A DNA stretch of 64,000 nt from Eledone cirrhosa (taxonomy: Eukaryota): assembly GCA_964016885.1 (NCBI GenBank), contig OZ024741.1:287370001-287434000 (forward strand). The letters run 5' to 3'. The first letter of the stretch is position 1; the number at the start of each line of letters is the position of its first letter. The notes beneath the pieces are model-generated. The model had not been told where the DNA came from. It searched no databases and was given only the letters and a program-made list of their open reading frames with translations. Made by a program: the position numbers and the translations under genes. Positions 38,100 through 52,079 of this stretch are shown here, one piece after another.

Positions 38100-38420
38100 T
38101 ACCTGATTACTAAATGCTGCATAGGATCGAAGATACCAGAGACAATTACAAAATCAAATGTTGATCTGTGTCCCACTCCCCTTTTCCCCTTGCATCATGT
38201 GTATGTCGTTGTGCTGGAAAAAGATGTCCATAATAGAGAGCTCATTACTAGACATGAGTTTAATAAGGCTGTTCCATTCGTATTTATATTGGGATCACCG
38301 TTTCTTCCAATCAATCCTTGGCTTGGAAATAAGTCCTCCTTCTTTCACTTGCAGTACAAGCAGGCAGGAAAAGTCTCAACAGAGACAGTTAAAACATCCA
38401 AAGTTAAGGCATGAGAGGAC
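38100..38420 (-). mobile_element. RTE-type LINE AP-endonuclease remnant
   Basis: Minus-strand GLIGRNGDPNINTNGTALLNSC..FFQHNDIH..GHRSTFDFVIVSG across frameshifts; similar to 52080-52290. Confidence 0.7.
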
Positions 38421-38629
38421 TTTGGATTTAAATTGGAATCCCACTTCAGATCAGCAAATAAAGTATTCTCGCAGATCATCCGCCGACTTTGTAATAAGAA
38501 GTCCACTTCCACCCTTGCTATCAGGAACGTGCCTGGGTTTCTTCTCCCTTCAGAGAGGTGCATCCTCTACGTTTATTTAAAATTCGTTTGAACCACATCA
38601 AAATTTGACTCGTCGTCTAACAGAATAAT

Positions 38630-39380
38630 AGCTTCGGATGGCAATTTACTGTCAGTGAAAAAGTTGTACGCAACAGTGCAAAGACGTTTTGGATACCACC
38701 CCAGGAGAAATTTCCGACCCATGCATTTTTATTTGACTTCCAATAGACAGGCAATCCCAACTTTATGTATTTCTGAGTAGTAGGTAAGCCAGCACTGGCT
38801 TTAATTACAAAGTTCCTGGAACATTTACAATAAATAGAAGAGTTATTCTATCCATAGCAGCTTTGAATTCTAATGCAAACTTTTCTTTAATGGCAATAAA
38901 AGTCCTTGAAGACATCCTTTTCCAATACAGCCCTATCTCAACTACACTGAAAATAAGATCCTCATGATATTCGCGAAACTCTGCAATGGTTTAGAATTCT
39001 GTTGGAAATGTTTATTTAAACACTACGATACTAAGAGTGATTGTTTCCTTGTTCAATCTTCAATCGACAATGTTTATAAGTTCTCCAATTTTCCACTAGA
39101 TTAATACGAGAATAATTTATTTGCACGGCACTTATTCTGGTAAATTGTTGCATGGATATTTCTATTTTCCAGGCTTTCTTTACAATCGTGCTTACTTTAA
39201 ACGGGGGCGAATCCGCAGCCTTTCAAGAACTGATTCAGCCATCACCTCTTCCCATACAGTAAATGACTTTAATTGTGTAGATTGGCGTGATTTCCTTACA
39301 ACTGGAATACTTGAATTCACTAATTTCCTCTTATATGACATGGCATTTTCTTTTATCCTTACTATCACTCAATAACTTCA
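38630..39380 (-). mobile_element. Degraded pogo/Tigger transposase
   Basis: Minus-strand EIGLYWKRMSSRTFIAIKEK..FKAAMDRITLL..LKPVL..LPVYWKSNKNAW..AIILLDD matches the Tigger DDE core (DETGLYWK, KDRLT, KAWM, LLLDN). Confidence 0.8.
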
Positions 39381-40809
39381 CATTAAGATATTGAAATATA
39401 GTATGAACAATAATTACCTTGGAATAGTAGAGAAATAAACACTGCTTATAATCACTATTAAATCATAGAATATTACTTGATGTGTTTAAGTAATAATTTT
39501 AATTATTGAACTAATTACCTTACTATTTCAACTGTGAAAGTGTTACATCAATACTCATTTCATTTACATTAATTAAATGTACCACGTGTCAATTGAATCG
39601 TGAATTTTATCTTAGAGTTAATCACTTTAGTTAAATAATTGTTTCTACTTTTGGCACATGGCCAACAATTACCCCAGTGCATTACTGGTACTTTATTTTA
39701 TCGACCCGTTAAGATGAAAGACGAGATTTAAACTCAGAACATAAAGAGCCATAACTCTATGCCTCAAAGCATGCTCTACCGATACTGCCAATCCAATACC
39801 TTTATTTAACTTTACTTAAATAATGTTCACATAACATTGACATATACAAACGACCGATGTGCTGAAATATTTCAAAACATGACACAACCAGTAATGCATT
39901 CATTGACTCCATAACTTTGTAACGAAAATATATGTTACAAGTAATCACTGCTATTGCGGCTGAGTTGGCCACCCACATGAGTGAGGCGTACGAGTTGGAA
40001 TGAGTATTTCAAAGCGTTTCCCTGTCTATTCCCCGAGGTAACACTTCCTCCATTCTGTCTGCTGAGACCATGAGGCGTCTTGCACCTTGGGTTCTGCAGG
40101 CCAGAGAGGGTTCTCCCACACTGTCCTGGCTAATATCATGGGTCTAGCGATAGTATAAGCAGCTGATAGCTACGCTTTTTACTGACAATGATTTTGAATG
40201 TTTGTTTTAATCAGAATTTGAAAAATGTCATTCTCACAAAAACAAAAATAATAATCAAGTACATTGCTTTTATCTGTGAACGGAAAGCGAACGGAAAGCG
40301 AACACTATTGACAATCGGACTGAAATATAAAATCTTATAGTGTTTGCTATAAAACTAAAAAAATTATCTAAACGTATTTTTTTTTTAATAATGATTATAT
40401 TCTATGTGGCTTCATCTGTTCAGGATCAGATAAGTTTGTCCGAACAATCAATTATCCGAACAAATTTCTCTCCCTTCTTTTCCCCCAGAGTCTCATTTGA
40501 AGAATAAAGAACCAGCTGTAATGTACGAATTTTTCACAAGGAATGACGTATAATCTAAAGGAAAAGGTCATGTTTGTAAATGCTCACCTCATCTTTGCAC
40601 TGATTGAGAGAGATTCTATCAGTGATGCAGCAATGAAATTTTGACCTAGAGCAAACTTCAAACTGCGGTGTGAGAGGGGATCGATTTATTTTAGTTATAA
40701 ATCCATAATTTATTCTAAAATTCCAATATGATTATTACATTCTCGTGACAATTGTCTGAGTTTCAACATTTGTAGAAGGTAGGTAGGTGGACGCCATTGC
40801 TACTGATGC

Positions 40810-40904
40810 TTTGATTGATGTTGGTGATGAGGATGATGAAGGTGACGATGACGATGATGACGATGATGGTAATGATGATGATGATAATGACGATAATGAT
40901 GATA

Positions 40905-40947
<43 letters not shown>

Positions 40948-41317
40948 CGATGTTGGTAATGATGATGATTACGATGATTACGATGATAATGACGATAATG
41001 ATGATAATGATGATAATGATGATGATGATGATGATGAGGAGGAGGAGGAGGAGGAGGAGGGGGAAGGGGAGGAGGAAAATGATAATGAAGATAATGATAA
41101 TGATGTTGGTAATGATGATGATTATGATGAGGATGGTGATTATGATAATGATGATGTTGAAAATGATGATGTTGAAAATGATGAAGATAATGATGATGGT
41201 GATGATGATGATTGATAATGAAACTGATGATGGTAATAATGATGATGGTAATAATGATGATGATGATGATGATGATGATGATGTTGTTCATGATGATGTT
41301 GTTGGTAGTAATGATGA
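40810..41317. repeat. (GAT)n/(GAG)n trinucleotide microsatellite
   Basis: Visible directly; source of the poly-D/M/H pseudo-ORFs. Confidence 0.98.
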
Positions 41318-41682
41318 TGGATTGGCAGTATCAGTAGAGGGTCGGACGCCATGCTTTCCAGCATAGTTACGTCCCTTTACGATCTGAGTTCAAATCCCGC
41401 CGAGGTTGACTTTGCCTTTCATCCTTACGGGGTCGATAAAATAAAGTACCAGTAATGCACTGGGTGATTGCTGGCCTTGTGCCAAAAGTAGAAACAATTA
41501 TTATAATAATTGTTTCTACGTTTGGCACAATTACCCAGTACATTACTGGTACTTTATTTTATCGACCCCGTAAGGATGAAAGGCAAAGTTAACCTCAGCG
41601 GGATTTGAACTCAGAATGGCAAGGGCCGTAACTCTATGCGTCAAAGCATGGCGTCTGACCCTCTACCGATTCTGCCAATCCA
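41318..41682. mobile_element. Tail-to-tail inverted pair of family-1 SINEs
   Basis: Plus copy 41318-41503 directly abuts minus copy 41505-41682 at GAAACAATTA TTA TAATAATTGTTTC. Confidence 0.9.
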
Positions 41683-41865
41683 AATGATGTTGAGTAAACA
41701 ACTTTGAATACTCAAATTTTAGTTTAGAAAAAGTAAATGTATTTAATTAACTGAATAAATCAATAGGTATCAGATAAAGAGAATAGCCACGAGGCAAAGA
41801 AATGGGTGGTACGGAATGAAGGAATTGAAGAATTATAGGATTGGAACTCTTACTCTCACTACCTT

Positions 41866-41915
<50 letters not shown>

Positions 41916-41984
41916 AGTGTGTATGTGTGTGTATAGATATATATGTGTGTGTGTGGTGTGTGTATCTATATATGTGTGTGTGCG

Positions 41985-42009
<25 letters not shown>

Positions 42010-42015
<6 letters not shown>

Positions 42016-42202
42016 GTTTCTACTTTTAGGCACAAGGCCAGCAATTACCCAGTACATTGCTGGTACTTTATTTTATCGACCCCGTAAGGATGAAAGGCAA
42101 AGTTAACCTTGGCGGGATTTTAACTCAGAATGGCAAGGGCCGTAACTCTATGCGTCAAAGCATGGCGACCGACCCTCTACCGATACTGCCAATCCACCGC
42201 CC
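42010..42202 (-). mobile_element. Family-1 SINE, full length
   Basis: Reverse complement of the 808-995 consensus. Other clear copies at 15060-15170, 27245-27357, 39637-39797, 48017-48200 and 61645-61810. Confidence 0.9.
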
Positions 42203-42244
42203 TGTATATATCCTATATATATATAATATATATATAAATCAAAA

Positions 42245-44243
42245 GTATGTGTAGAAACCAATGTAGAAGGAGAAATAGTAGATTAGTTGTGAGAATTATA
42301 AGCCAGTAATGAAGAGGACAGTGTGGTCAATGCGTATAATGTGCAAGACAAGCGAACAATGAAAGTAAGGGAGAGAAATATGTGTCAAGCAAAAGGTGTA
42401 CAGGCAGAACGTTAATATAGAAATTAATTGTTAGAGAATACAATTCCGAATTCTGGAACAAATATATTTATTGGTTTACAATTGTTTCAAAAATCATATG
42501 AAAATTCAGTTCATAAAAATAAACATTATCGATTATATTATCGATAAGAACAGATGACAACAAAACTGAACTAAGAAAAGACTTCATCTTCAGAACCAAA
42601 AAGAAAATTCAAAAATACATGTCACTGATGGTGTGGACTACATAAAACATAAAAAGCAAAGCATACCACTTATTAATCGAAGGATAATACATTCTAAATT
42701 CATAAAAGTTAAACGTTTAAATAACGGAAGAAATATAAAACGGGGAGTAAGCAAGTGTAAATAGCAAGGGGCATAAATATGATGAAAGAGAGACAATTTG
42801 ATAAAAAGACTGGTTCTTAATGGAATTTACTGTTGATATACTAAGGAGATATTTTTAAAAAGGGATGAGAAGTGTTACTATTATTCATTACGGTAGAATG
42901 AAAAATATATATAGGTGTGAAAAGAAATAGCACGCAATATTACTCAAGAGAGTTAATATGAGTGGAATCATTAAGAATAAAATAATCAGAGAAAGTAATA
43001 ATGTATATTATGACAGATGGAGCAAAAATAAATTATAATATATCATAAAATAAAGGGAAAGATAAAGATGGAAGAAAAGAAAAGTATGATTATCATATTT
43101 AATGACCATGAGTATACCAGAGTGTAAGAGGTCAGATTATTAGACATGTGTTCTTCTAGTGGTTGTTTTAAGTATTGTAATGAGGGAATATCAAAGTTAA
43201 GGGTCATAGATATGTGTGAAGAAATAGAGTAAAGAAGAAAAGGGAAGATTAAAAATATGAAATGAAAAGAGGTGTTAATATGTTAAGCCAAGGCAAAAAG
43301 AGATATACCATTAATAATACTAATTATAGAAATAAAAATAAAAATTTTAATTTAAAAAATGTTAAAGTGGAGGTTTATAACGAATGTGAGCAAAGAGTAA
43401 AAACTGTCACATAAGGAGGAAAAAGACCTTCATAATGAGGTTTAATACTATAAAGAATTAGGATGGAGGGATGCGAAAGAAAGTGTTATAAATCAATAAT
43501 TATAAATCAGGGTAAATTAAAAGGAGCATAAATTTAATGGGAAAGTATAGGAGAGTTTAAGAAGGAAACAAAAAAATCATCTATTAAACTAAGAAAGAGG
43601 GTATAGGAGATTTGGATGGGGAGTTACAGATTAATATATTAGGTGGAAATAATGAAAAAAAATAATAAATAAATAAATAAAAAAAATAAAAAAGTAAAAA
43701 ATAACTAAGGAGAAAATTTATACTAGTTATAGTGTGAAGGTAAGATAGGTGGGGAGAGGGAACGTAGGATAGGTGAAAAGATAGCCAAGTTAACTAATAG
43801 AATCTAAGCGGGATCAAATACTCTGTTAGCGAACGAGTAAGCCAAACGATGATAGCAATTAATGACAATTCGATTGTAATCATTTATTGGGCTGGGCTTA
43901 GACATAGTTATGAAAAAAGCTTCCGATAAACAAAAAATCACAATGACCTTTGCGACCACTCTAAGGAGAGGATTTAGCTAAGATATCTCAGACTAAAGAT
44001 TATTCAGTATTTGAGAGCTCCAGTTGATTACTATATCTAACTAAAGGCGTAGTAAATTTTAAATAACTATTCTTAAAGGAACGTTTATTGAAATTAAAAC
44101 GCGTCTTAAAACAGTTAGCAGTAGCTCCAAATATACGTTATATTTTTATGAACTGAATTTTGATATGATTTTTGAAACAATTGTAAACCAATAAATATAT
44201 TTGTTCAAGAATTCGGAATTGTATTCTCTAACAATTAATTATA
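42245..44243 (-). mobile_element. PLE-type non-coding 3' region with an inverted terminal segment and a hammerhead
   Basis: About 42415-42520 is the reverse complement of about 44140-44243; strongly purine-skewed interior; TA tracts on both sides. Confidence 0.7.
42471..42599 (-). ncRNA. Type I hammerhead motif with a long (about 98 nt) stem II insertion
   Basis: Minus strand: TTGGTT CTGAAGA tgaagtc...gattttt GAAAC AATT GTA AACCAA. 6-bp stem I, palindromic loop III, GUA triplet. Confidence 0.75.
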
Positions 44244-44270
44244 TATATATATATAATATATATAATATAT

Positions 44271-44317
<47 letters not shown>

Positions 44318-44483
44318 AGATTTGAATGGATACAGTTTTCCTTTCAACTAAACTGTATCCATTCAAATCTTTCTATTTTTCTCCGGATTACTTTTGGAAC
44401 TACAACTGGAACCGTCGAGCAAACTCTACGTGAGCTGATAATCTACTGTGTGTAATATTTATATTACAACACAACGGAAAATA

Positions 44484-44558
<75 letters not shown>

Positions 44559-44689
44559 TATCCACGGTATACACATATATATATACATATTTAATTTGTT
44601 GGTAATTCAACAAATATATTTATAACAGATAAACTTGAACCATTAAGGTATCATTCCTGGGTATGTCAATATTTATAAAACAAACTTTG

Positions 44690-44750
44690 TATATTATCTG
44701 ATGAGTGCGTACCAAAGTGTTGATACCCTTGAAATATATATAATAGAATA
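44690..44750 (+). ncRNA. Minimal hammerhead motif in a TA-flanked pLTR fragment (about 44590-44795)
   Basis: TTAT CTGATGA gtgcgtacc..gataccctt GAAA T ATAT ATA ATAG. Same family as 11324-11389 and 58511-58571. Confidence 0.7.
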
Positions 44751-44818
44751 AATATGATTTTATAAATATACTTTCCATTTATTAATATATTTGATATATA
44801 CATATATATATATACATA

Positions 44819-45050
<232 letters not shown>

Positions 45051-45255
45051 CATATACAAAGTATTAAAACAATCAAATCTTAGTTTAATACAGTCGGTAA
45101 CCGGCTAGTACTTAGTACTACCCTGCATATTTATAATTATATATTAAACATATATAAGTATAAATATTGTTATTATTACTATATATATATATATATATAT
45201 AAATGAAAGAAAATAAAAGGAGACTGGACTGGTGTAAATCCTTGAAAGGTTTATT

Positions 45256-45313
45256 ATACTATGATCATTTCAATGACCGGGGTCCATATGAATCCGGTGA
45301 TACCATCAGGTAT
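45256..45313 (-). ncRNA. Degenerate hammerhead motif in a TA-flanked element (about 45200-45582)
   Basis: Minus strand ATAC CTGATGG..CCGG..CCGG.. GAAAT GATC ATA GTAT. Confidence 0.55.
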
Positions 45314-45581
45314 TGGAATATAACAAAGGAATATGTAAAAAAACCATGGATCCGAAAAATCAGAGACAGAGACAGAGAGGACGACTGACCAACTAGCTGC
45401 TCGGCCAGTCGCCCTCAAAGTGTCGGCAACTGAAGCTACTAATGAATATCTGGTGAGGGGGCGAAGACTTATAATGCACTACCACCTCTCCGTCAAAGAA
45501 GAAGGGGAAGAAAGAAAGAAATGGAGAAAGAAGTGTAGTGTAAGGGTCATACTACATTCATGCTATAAAAAAACCGCGAAA

Positions 45582-45728
<147 letters not shown>

Positions 45729-46019
45729 GGGGATTCATAATATTAATAATTAATTTCTTTGTAAATTATATTATATCGAGAATGTCGTTATTTGCTATGC
45801 GAAATGTACCTTGGAAAAATAGAAAATTTCCATGAAAAATAAAAAATGATGTCAAAGATAAGAAAAATAATCTAGAAAAAATTAGAACGAAGAAATATAA
45901 CAAAATCAAATATAACGATATAAAGATGAATAGAAAATAACAAGCAAGGTCCTATATTGTACAGTGAGGTATTCCTTTCTTACATTAAATGTAATTTAGA
46001 CTTTTCTACTGTCGCCAAT

Positions 46020-46510
46020 TGTGTTTTATAGATATCTAAATGAAATTAATTCGTTTTTGAATTTGTTTTGCGAGATTTCTTATCTGAAAACGTGTGTTGA
46101 GACAGATAATGTTATACTTTGGGAGAGTCATGTTGCAAATAAAAACACACGCACCTGTTGGTTTTCACTTCAATTTATTATAAGTTTCCGGTTGGTTGAT
46201 TGGTTCGATGACCGGAAGGTTGTTTATATATTGTCACACATTCTGTGACCTCCTTAGTGACTAGGTTTTTTTTAGGTTTTTAACACACAACAAACAAAAA
46301 CAAGATGGTGTAGGACAGAACAAAGGAGAGACATAAAATAAAAACCTAGTCACTGAGAAGGTCACAGAATGTGTGACGAAAGAGGTTTGACACTATATAA
46401 ACAACCTTCCGGTTATCGAACTAACCAACAGGAAACGTATAATTAATTGAAGTGAAAACCAACAGATGCGTGAGTTTTAATGGCAACATGACTCTCCTAA
46501 AGTATAAGAA
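46020..46510. mobile_element. Older fold-back element of the 11590-11848 family
   Basis: Diverged inverted arms at about 46112-46268 and 46341-46507. Confidence 0.7.
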
Positions 46511-47041
46511 TAAATGAAATTATATTTACCTGAATATTTAACAATTTCCGAATCTTTTGCCTGTATAAATGGATTCGTTTGTGTTGTTATATACTGACTA
46601 TATATACCTGCTCTCTGTATATTATTCATTGTGTTTACCTCATATAACTTAATGTGTTTATTCTGAGCGCGTAATTAATTGATTTCTTGCTTCGTTGTGC
46701 TTCGGGACTGCCTCAAATAATTCTACTAAAAAAAACACCAATCTAACGAACATATCAACTACTTACTTAATATGTTCGTTACACTGGTGTTTTTATCCCT
46801 TATGATTGAACACGTATATTTATGTGTATTTCTCTCCATACTGATTTATATATATGTATATATATATAGTAATAATAATAATAAATTCGAAGACTAAAAT
46901 CCAAAGAGGGCTCGATAAGGATAAATATGTATCAAATATATAAGAACCGTAGAGCAAATATTTATTAAAATAACAGATTAAAGTTTATAGTGGCTGAAAG
47001 CAGCGATTCTTTGCTTAAACTTTAATCTGTTATTTTAATAA

Positions 47042-47140
<99 letters not shown>

Positions 47141-47147
47141 GAGAGAG

Positions 47148-47640
47148 ATTTTGAGTATATGTTGGTTGTATACCAACACCTGAGTATGCACGCTGGGGCA
47201 CTCGACGAAGTGCGCAGGTTGGTTTGGTTACTCCGGAGTAATGTAAAATAAAGTAAAATAAATAAGTCAAATGTTTAAAATTTAGCTTCGTTTTATTACT
47301 GCTATATATATTTCGGTGACAGCCATCTTTGGCTGTGACCTCTTCAGGGAGTCCGAATTAGTGTGGTATAGACAAGTACATATGTTGTTGAGGTGTATAA
47401 TTTTGTCAATACTCTGATATGCCCAGTTCCTGGTTGGGTTGTTATTTCACTGAGGAACTGGAATCATATCAGAGTATTGACAAAATTATACACCTCAACA
47501 ACATATGTACTTGTCTATACCACACTAATTCAGACTGCCTGAAGAGGTCACAGCCAAAGATGGCTGTCACCGAAATATATATAGCAGTAATAAAACGAAG
47601 CTAAATTTTAAAATTTGACTTATTTATTTTACTTTATTTT
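47148..47640. mobile_element. Microsatellite-flanked fold-back element with about 175-bp arms, each carrying a hammerhead
   Basis: Arms about 47245-47421 and 47464-47640, tail 47148-47244; flanked by (TA)n(GA)n on the left and (TA)n on the right. Confidence 0.85.
47534..47588 (+). ncRNA. Minimal type I hammerhead ribozyme motif, core intact
   Basis: ACTGC CTGAAGA GGTcACAGCC aaagat GGCTGTcACC GAAA T ATAT ATA GCAGT. 5-bp stem I, 9/10-bp stem II, AUA triplet. Inverted copy at about 47298-47352 has one stem I mismatch. Confidence 0.88.
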
Positions 47641-47691
47641 ATATATATATATATATATGTGTGTATGTATATATATATATATATATATATG

Positions 47692-47753
<62 letters not shown>

Positions 47754-48199
47754 CTAATAAATTTACAAATTTACGATTACAAATTAATATGACTAACAAC
47801 CATGTGACTAACGAACTGATAATTAAATTTATTAATAAAAATATAAACAATTATACCCACTGATTAATTAAGGTTACAAATAAAATTATTACAACTAATA
47901 TTAACCAATCGATAATCAAATCAATTATATAATTAAGAATAACAAAAATATTAACAAATACCCAAACCAGCGCCAGTTTCACCAGTGCTAAACTGTTAGT
48001 AGTGGCTTGGCAATAGGCGGTGGCTTGGCAGTGTCGGTAGAGAGTAGGACGCCATGCTTCGTAGCATAGAGTTACGCCCCCTTTATGATCTGAGTTCAAA
48101 TCCCGCCGAGGTTAACTTTGCTTCCCATCCTTACGGGGTCGATAAAATAAAGTACCATTCACGCACTGGGGTCGATTTCATCGACTTTTCCCTCTCCCA

Positions 48200-48233
<34 letters not shown>

Positions 48234-48239
<6 letters not shown>

Positions 48240-48960
48240 CTATAAAGTATGTCCATAGAATCATTTGATAATATATATACACCATTTCCTCTCCCAATTA
48301 GCATAATTAACCACACAAAAAATCAATTAGACTAGGTTATAAGATTAAAAGGCACCTTTGAAGAAATAGTAGATAAATAAACGACAGCAATCTCTTCGCG
48401 GCCAACCGCCATAGAATTTTTACCCAACATTTCAACAGCACGTGGAAATCGATTAAATATACCGTCAACCATACACAATTAGGTATAAAATTAAAGTTAG
48501 AAGAAATGCTTATACACATACCAGGATTATGTCCCTACCCTTGGGTTTCGTTCGCATTTTGATATATCCTATTAAGGATAAAATCTCGAGCTTCGAACTC
48601 ATTAGGAGACAAACTCGTTAGGACAGATTATTTTCTAAATTAGTCCCCGCCAGAGACGAATTCAAAATGGCTAAGAATTGTGACGTGGCTGTGGTCAAGT
48701 CAGAAGAATGAGATTGGTTGCTTACGGCGACTGGGTTGGTTGCTAGAAAGCGCAGCCCAATATTGCCCTAATTGCATTTCAACCTTATGGGAGATTATTA
48801 AATATAAAGATTTACATATACACAAACTAGACAAAGTCACAGATATATATGTGTTTTGGCAACCATTCACGATGTGGCTCAATGAAGAATTAATAAATTA
48901 AATAATCAGAGCAATATACTATAAAGTATGTCCATAGAATCATTTGATAATATATATATA
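48234..48960 (-). mobile_element. Non-coding element of about 680 bp with about 46-bp terminal direct repeats and an internal hammerhead
   Basis: ATATACTATAAAGTATGTCCATAGAATCATTTGATAATATATATA at about 48234 and 48914; TA tracts on both sides. Confidence 0.75.
48531..48610 (-). ncRNA. Type I hammerhead motif with one core substitution (CTAATGA)
   Basis: Minus strand: GTCTC CTAATGA GTTCG...CGAAC GAAAC CC aa GG GTA GGGAC. All three helices pair. Confidence 0.7.
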
Positions 48961-49136
48961 TATATATACATATCATATATACTAATACTATCTATCGGTT
49001 GCGACCAATAGATAGTATTAGCAATTGGAAAGACCAATAGAAATATTGTTTCCTCGGTCCGATTTGACGAAAGTCGATCGACTTTTTATTTATTTATATA
49101 TATATATATATACATACATATATATATATGTGTGTG

Positions 49137-49231
<95 letters not shown>

Positions 49232-52079
49232 AGAAGACTCCATATCATCTCAGATCTAAGAACAATTTAGCCTTAGGATGAAACAGTAGAGATCGCTAAT
49301 TTGAGGAGATTCTTGTATATATGTATAATAAAGTCACATTAACATTCCTATAAAAAGAATATCCTCTAACATTCAGTGCTGACACTAACGAAATCGATTC
49401 TTTTTTATCTATATATACAGCAATACATGATTTCAGGGAGAATTGGTTGCTATGAATAGTAAGTCAAGTAACTGCATATACGTTCCCTATTTCGCTTATT
49501 CAACATACATTCAATGTTGGCTTTTTCGATTCATGAAAGTTTAATATAAGCGTATATATTTTTCTAAAGTGTCTTGAAAAAGCACAGTCAGGCTGGTAAA
49601 TTAGTACAATCGGTAGAGCACAAGATAAAAAATAATTCCTTGCGGTACTTAGCTTCTAAGTTCAAAACCTGCTGAGGTAAAGTTTGCTTTTCATTCTTTG
49701 TGATCGATAAAATAAAATACCAGTCCAAGCCAGTAGTTGGCTTAATCATGTCCGACTCTACGCTTTGGTGCTCGGGGTTGGTGTGTTTCAGAATATTCTG
49801 GGTGGACACTGTACTTCGTCATAATTCTATGGTGGAGTTTCAGAATAAGCATATCACCATAACTCTGAGGGAAGCAATGCCATCCAAATGTCCCCTCGTG
49901 TGCCACGGACTCGGGCGCGATTGTTAATGAGTCGAACGAATTGTTTTGCTGTGTTTGCTCTGCTCTTATCAAATCTTGTAAGTTAAACTTAATCCTTCGT
50001 TAGCTTTGACACCGTCACCCGATCCGTGGATGCTCTTAGCAGAGTTAACGTTATTACAAGCATTTGATCCAAGCCTTCGGTTTGGAAACGTCTTTTCCCA
50101 CCTGTCTTGAACGCTTTGGCAAAAATGGTAAAAAACACAGAATATGAAGAATCCTCTCTAGGTTTCAGCATTAACACAAAGAAAAGTAAAATTCATGCTT
50201 TTATTATTGTTGTTATTGCTTCTGCTGTTTAGGTCCAGGAAAACTATGTTCGTGAAGTCCTATGACTGGAAGTATTTCTGCTGTGACTAACCCATTTATT
50301 TTCCAGCAAAATTTAGCTTTATGTAAAAAGCAATTTCAAGTAGATTTGTTGTCTGTTTCTTGCAAATCCAGAACCTATATAAAGGATCCTTCGTTGACTC
50401 ATTTAAGTAAAATGTAAACCGCTCCCTTCATAGAATCTTTAGAGGATCGGAATATATGTTTCATGGTGTTTGTTCTAGCACTCTAAACTCTGAGTTTAAA
50501 ATCTGATGAGGGCAATTTTGGTATCCATTCTTTCGTAGATCGATAAATAAAATGCCTGTTCATGATAGATGGGCGGAATTGTTAGAACATCGGACGTGAT
50601 ACCTTGGGGTATTTCTTTCGACATTTTGGGGATCTGAATTCACCTGCGACGTCAGTGCTGACAAGCTTCATTGGCCCTTGTCTATCTTTTGGATGCCAGT
50701 AGTGGCATGTAAAGAGATTTGCATGCATAGGAATGTTCTGGTCATTCTCCAAATCTTGCCCAGATACGCATCTTGAGAAGGAACTATTCAGGTAAAAATT
50801 TCTAGTCACATGAGACATATGGCGGTCTCCAGGTGGAATGTATATCACTAAGTGGAAAAATAAAGAATTGTAACAAATATTTCTAGAAAAGTAAAGTTTC
50901 TAATGCAATGTATTTCTGATGTCATAGTTTGGGAGAGAAACGGTGAAAGGGAAAGAAACGGTGAAAAGGGAAAATGAGTGATAAGTGAATGAAAGAGTGA
51001 GTGAAAGATAGATCAAAGGTGAGATACTCGAATTATTGATACAACACTATAAAAAGTACATAAATTATGAATTTAGTTGATAAACATATTATTATTGAAA
51101 GCCTAATATTGGCACCTGATTTATTCGGCCTTGTGAATCCTGATATCTATATAAAGATACAGAAAATACGTTAATCATTTTAAAAAATTATCTAGGTGTC
51201 ATGGGGAATATTACTTGCTATAAACCATTTTCATTTTACAGTTCAGAGGCTGGAACATTTTAATTCAGCAAATGATAGAGATAACTTTTATTTAATTAAT
51301 AATAGCTACAATTCAAGTATGGCCTAAAGCCGAACTCTTGTGAAAGTGGCTGATAAAATAAACAACTCTATTTTTATTTGTTTTACTTAGAAAAGCTTAA
51401 GAATTAATTATAGATAATTAAAATGCAGCATCAGCATACTAGAAATTAGCATGAAGATTTATTTAAAACCTTTAATAATCTGAAATATTTTGATATGATA
51501 ATATTCACCAAAACAAACAATGAATGAGATAATTACAAAATACAAGAATATCTAATAAAAACACTAAACAAAGAAACTAAATAAGAACATTAGACACAAA
51601 AAATGTTATAACACTATAACAGTAAACATTGATTAACCTCAGTGATTTCCTTTGTAAAATATACTAATTTTCCGCCCATTCCTCTACATTAATGTACATA
51701 TATTTAGTGATTCTTCATCACCACTACAGCATGGACATCGACGTCTATATATAACGCTGGAAGTGTTTCCCTTACTGGCCAAAATTATTAGACTAATTGA
51801 GCTACTGTTTTTTTTCTCATCACATCAGTATTTCTAATTAGGTGTCGGTTGTTCACTATATGAACAATTTAAAACTAAACAAGTAGACTAAACAACAGTG
51901 TGTGTGAAGATAGATATATTGATAGATGAAATAGAGAAAGTGGGGGAGAATGAAAGACAAAAATATAAAACCAAAAGGAAAAAGGATAATGCTGGAGATA
52001 CAAAGGGCTACACAGACCATAATCATACCCCTTTTACCTAGTCTACTTCATACACCTCCATCTGTTTGTCTTCTGATAT

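Noticed and set aside
32652-41366. Poly-His, poly-Ile, poly-Asp and poly-Met ORFs at 32652-33260 and 40787-41366
   Set aside because: (CAT)n and (GAT)n microsatellites with no flanking coding context.
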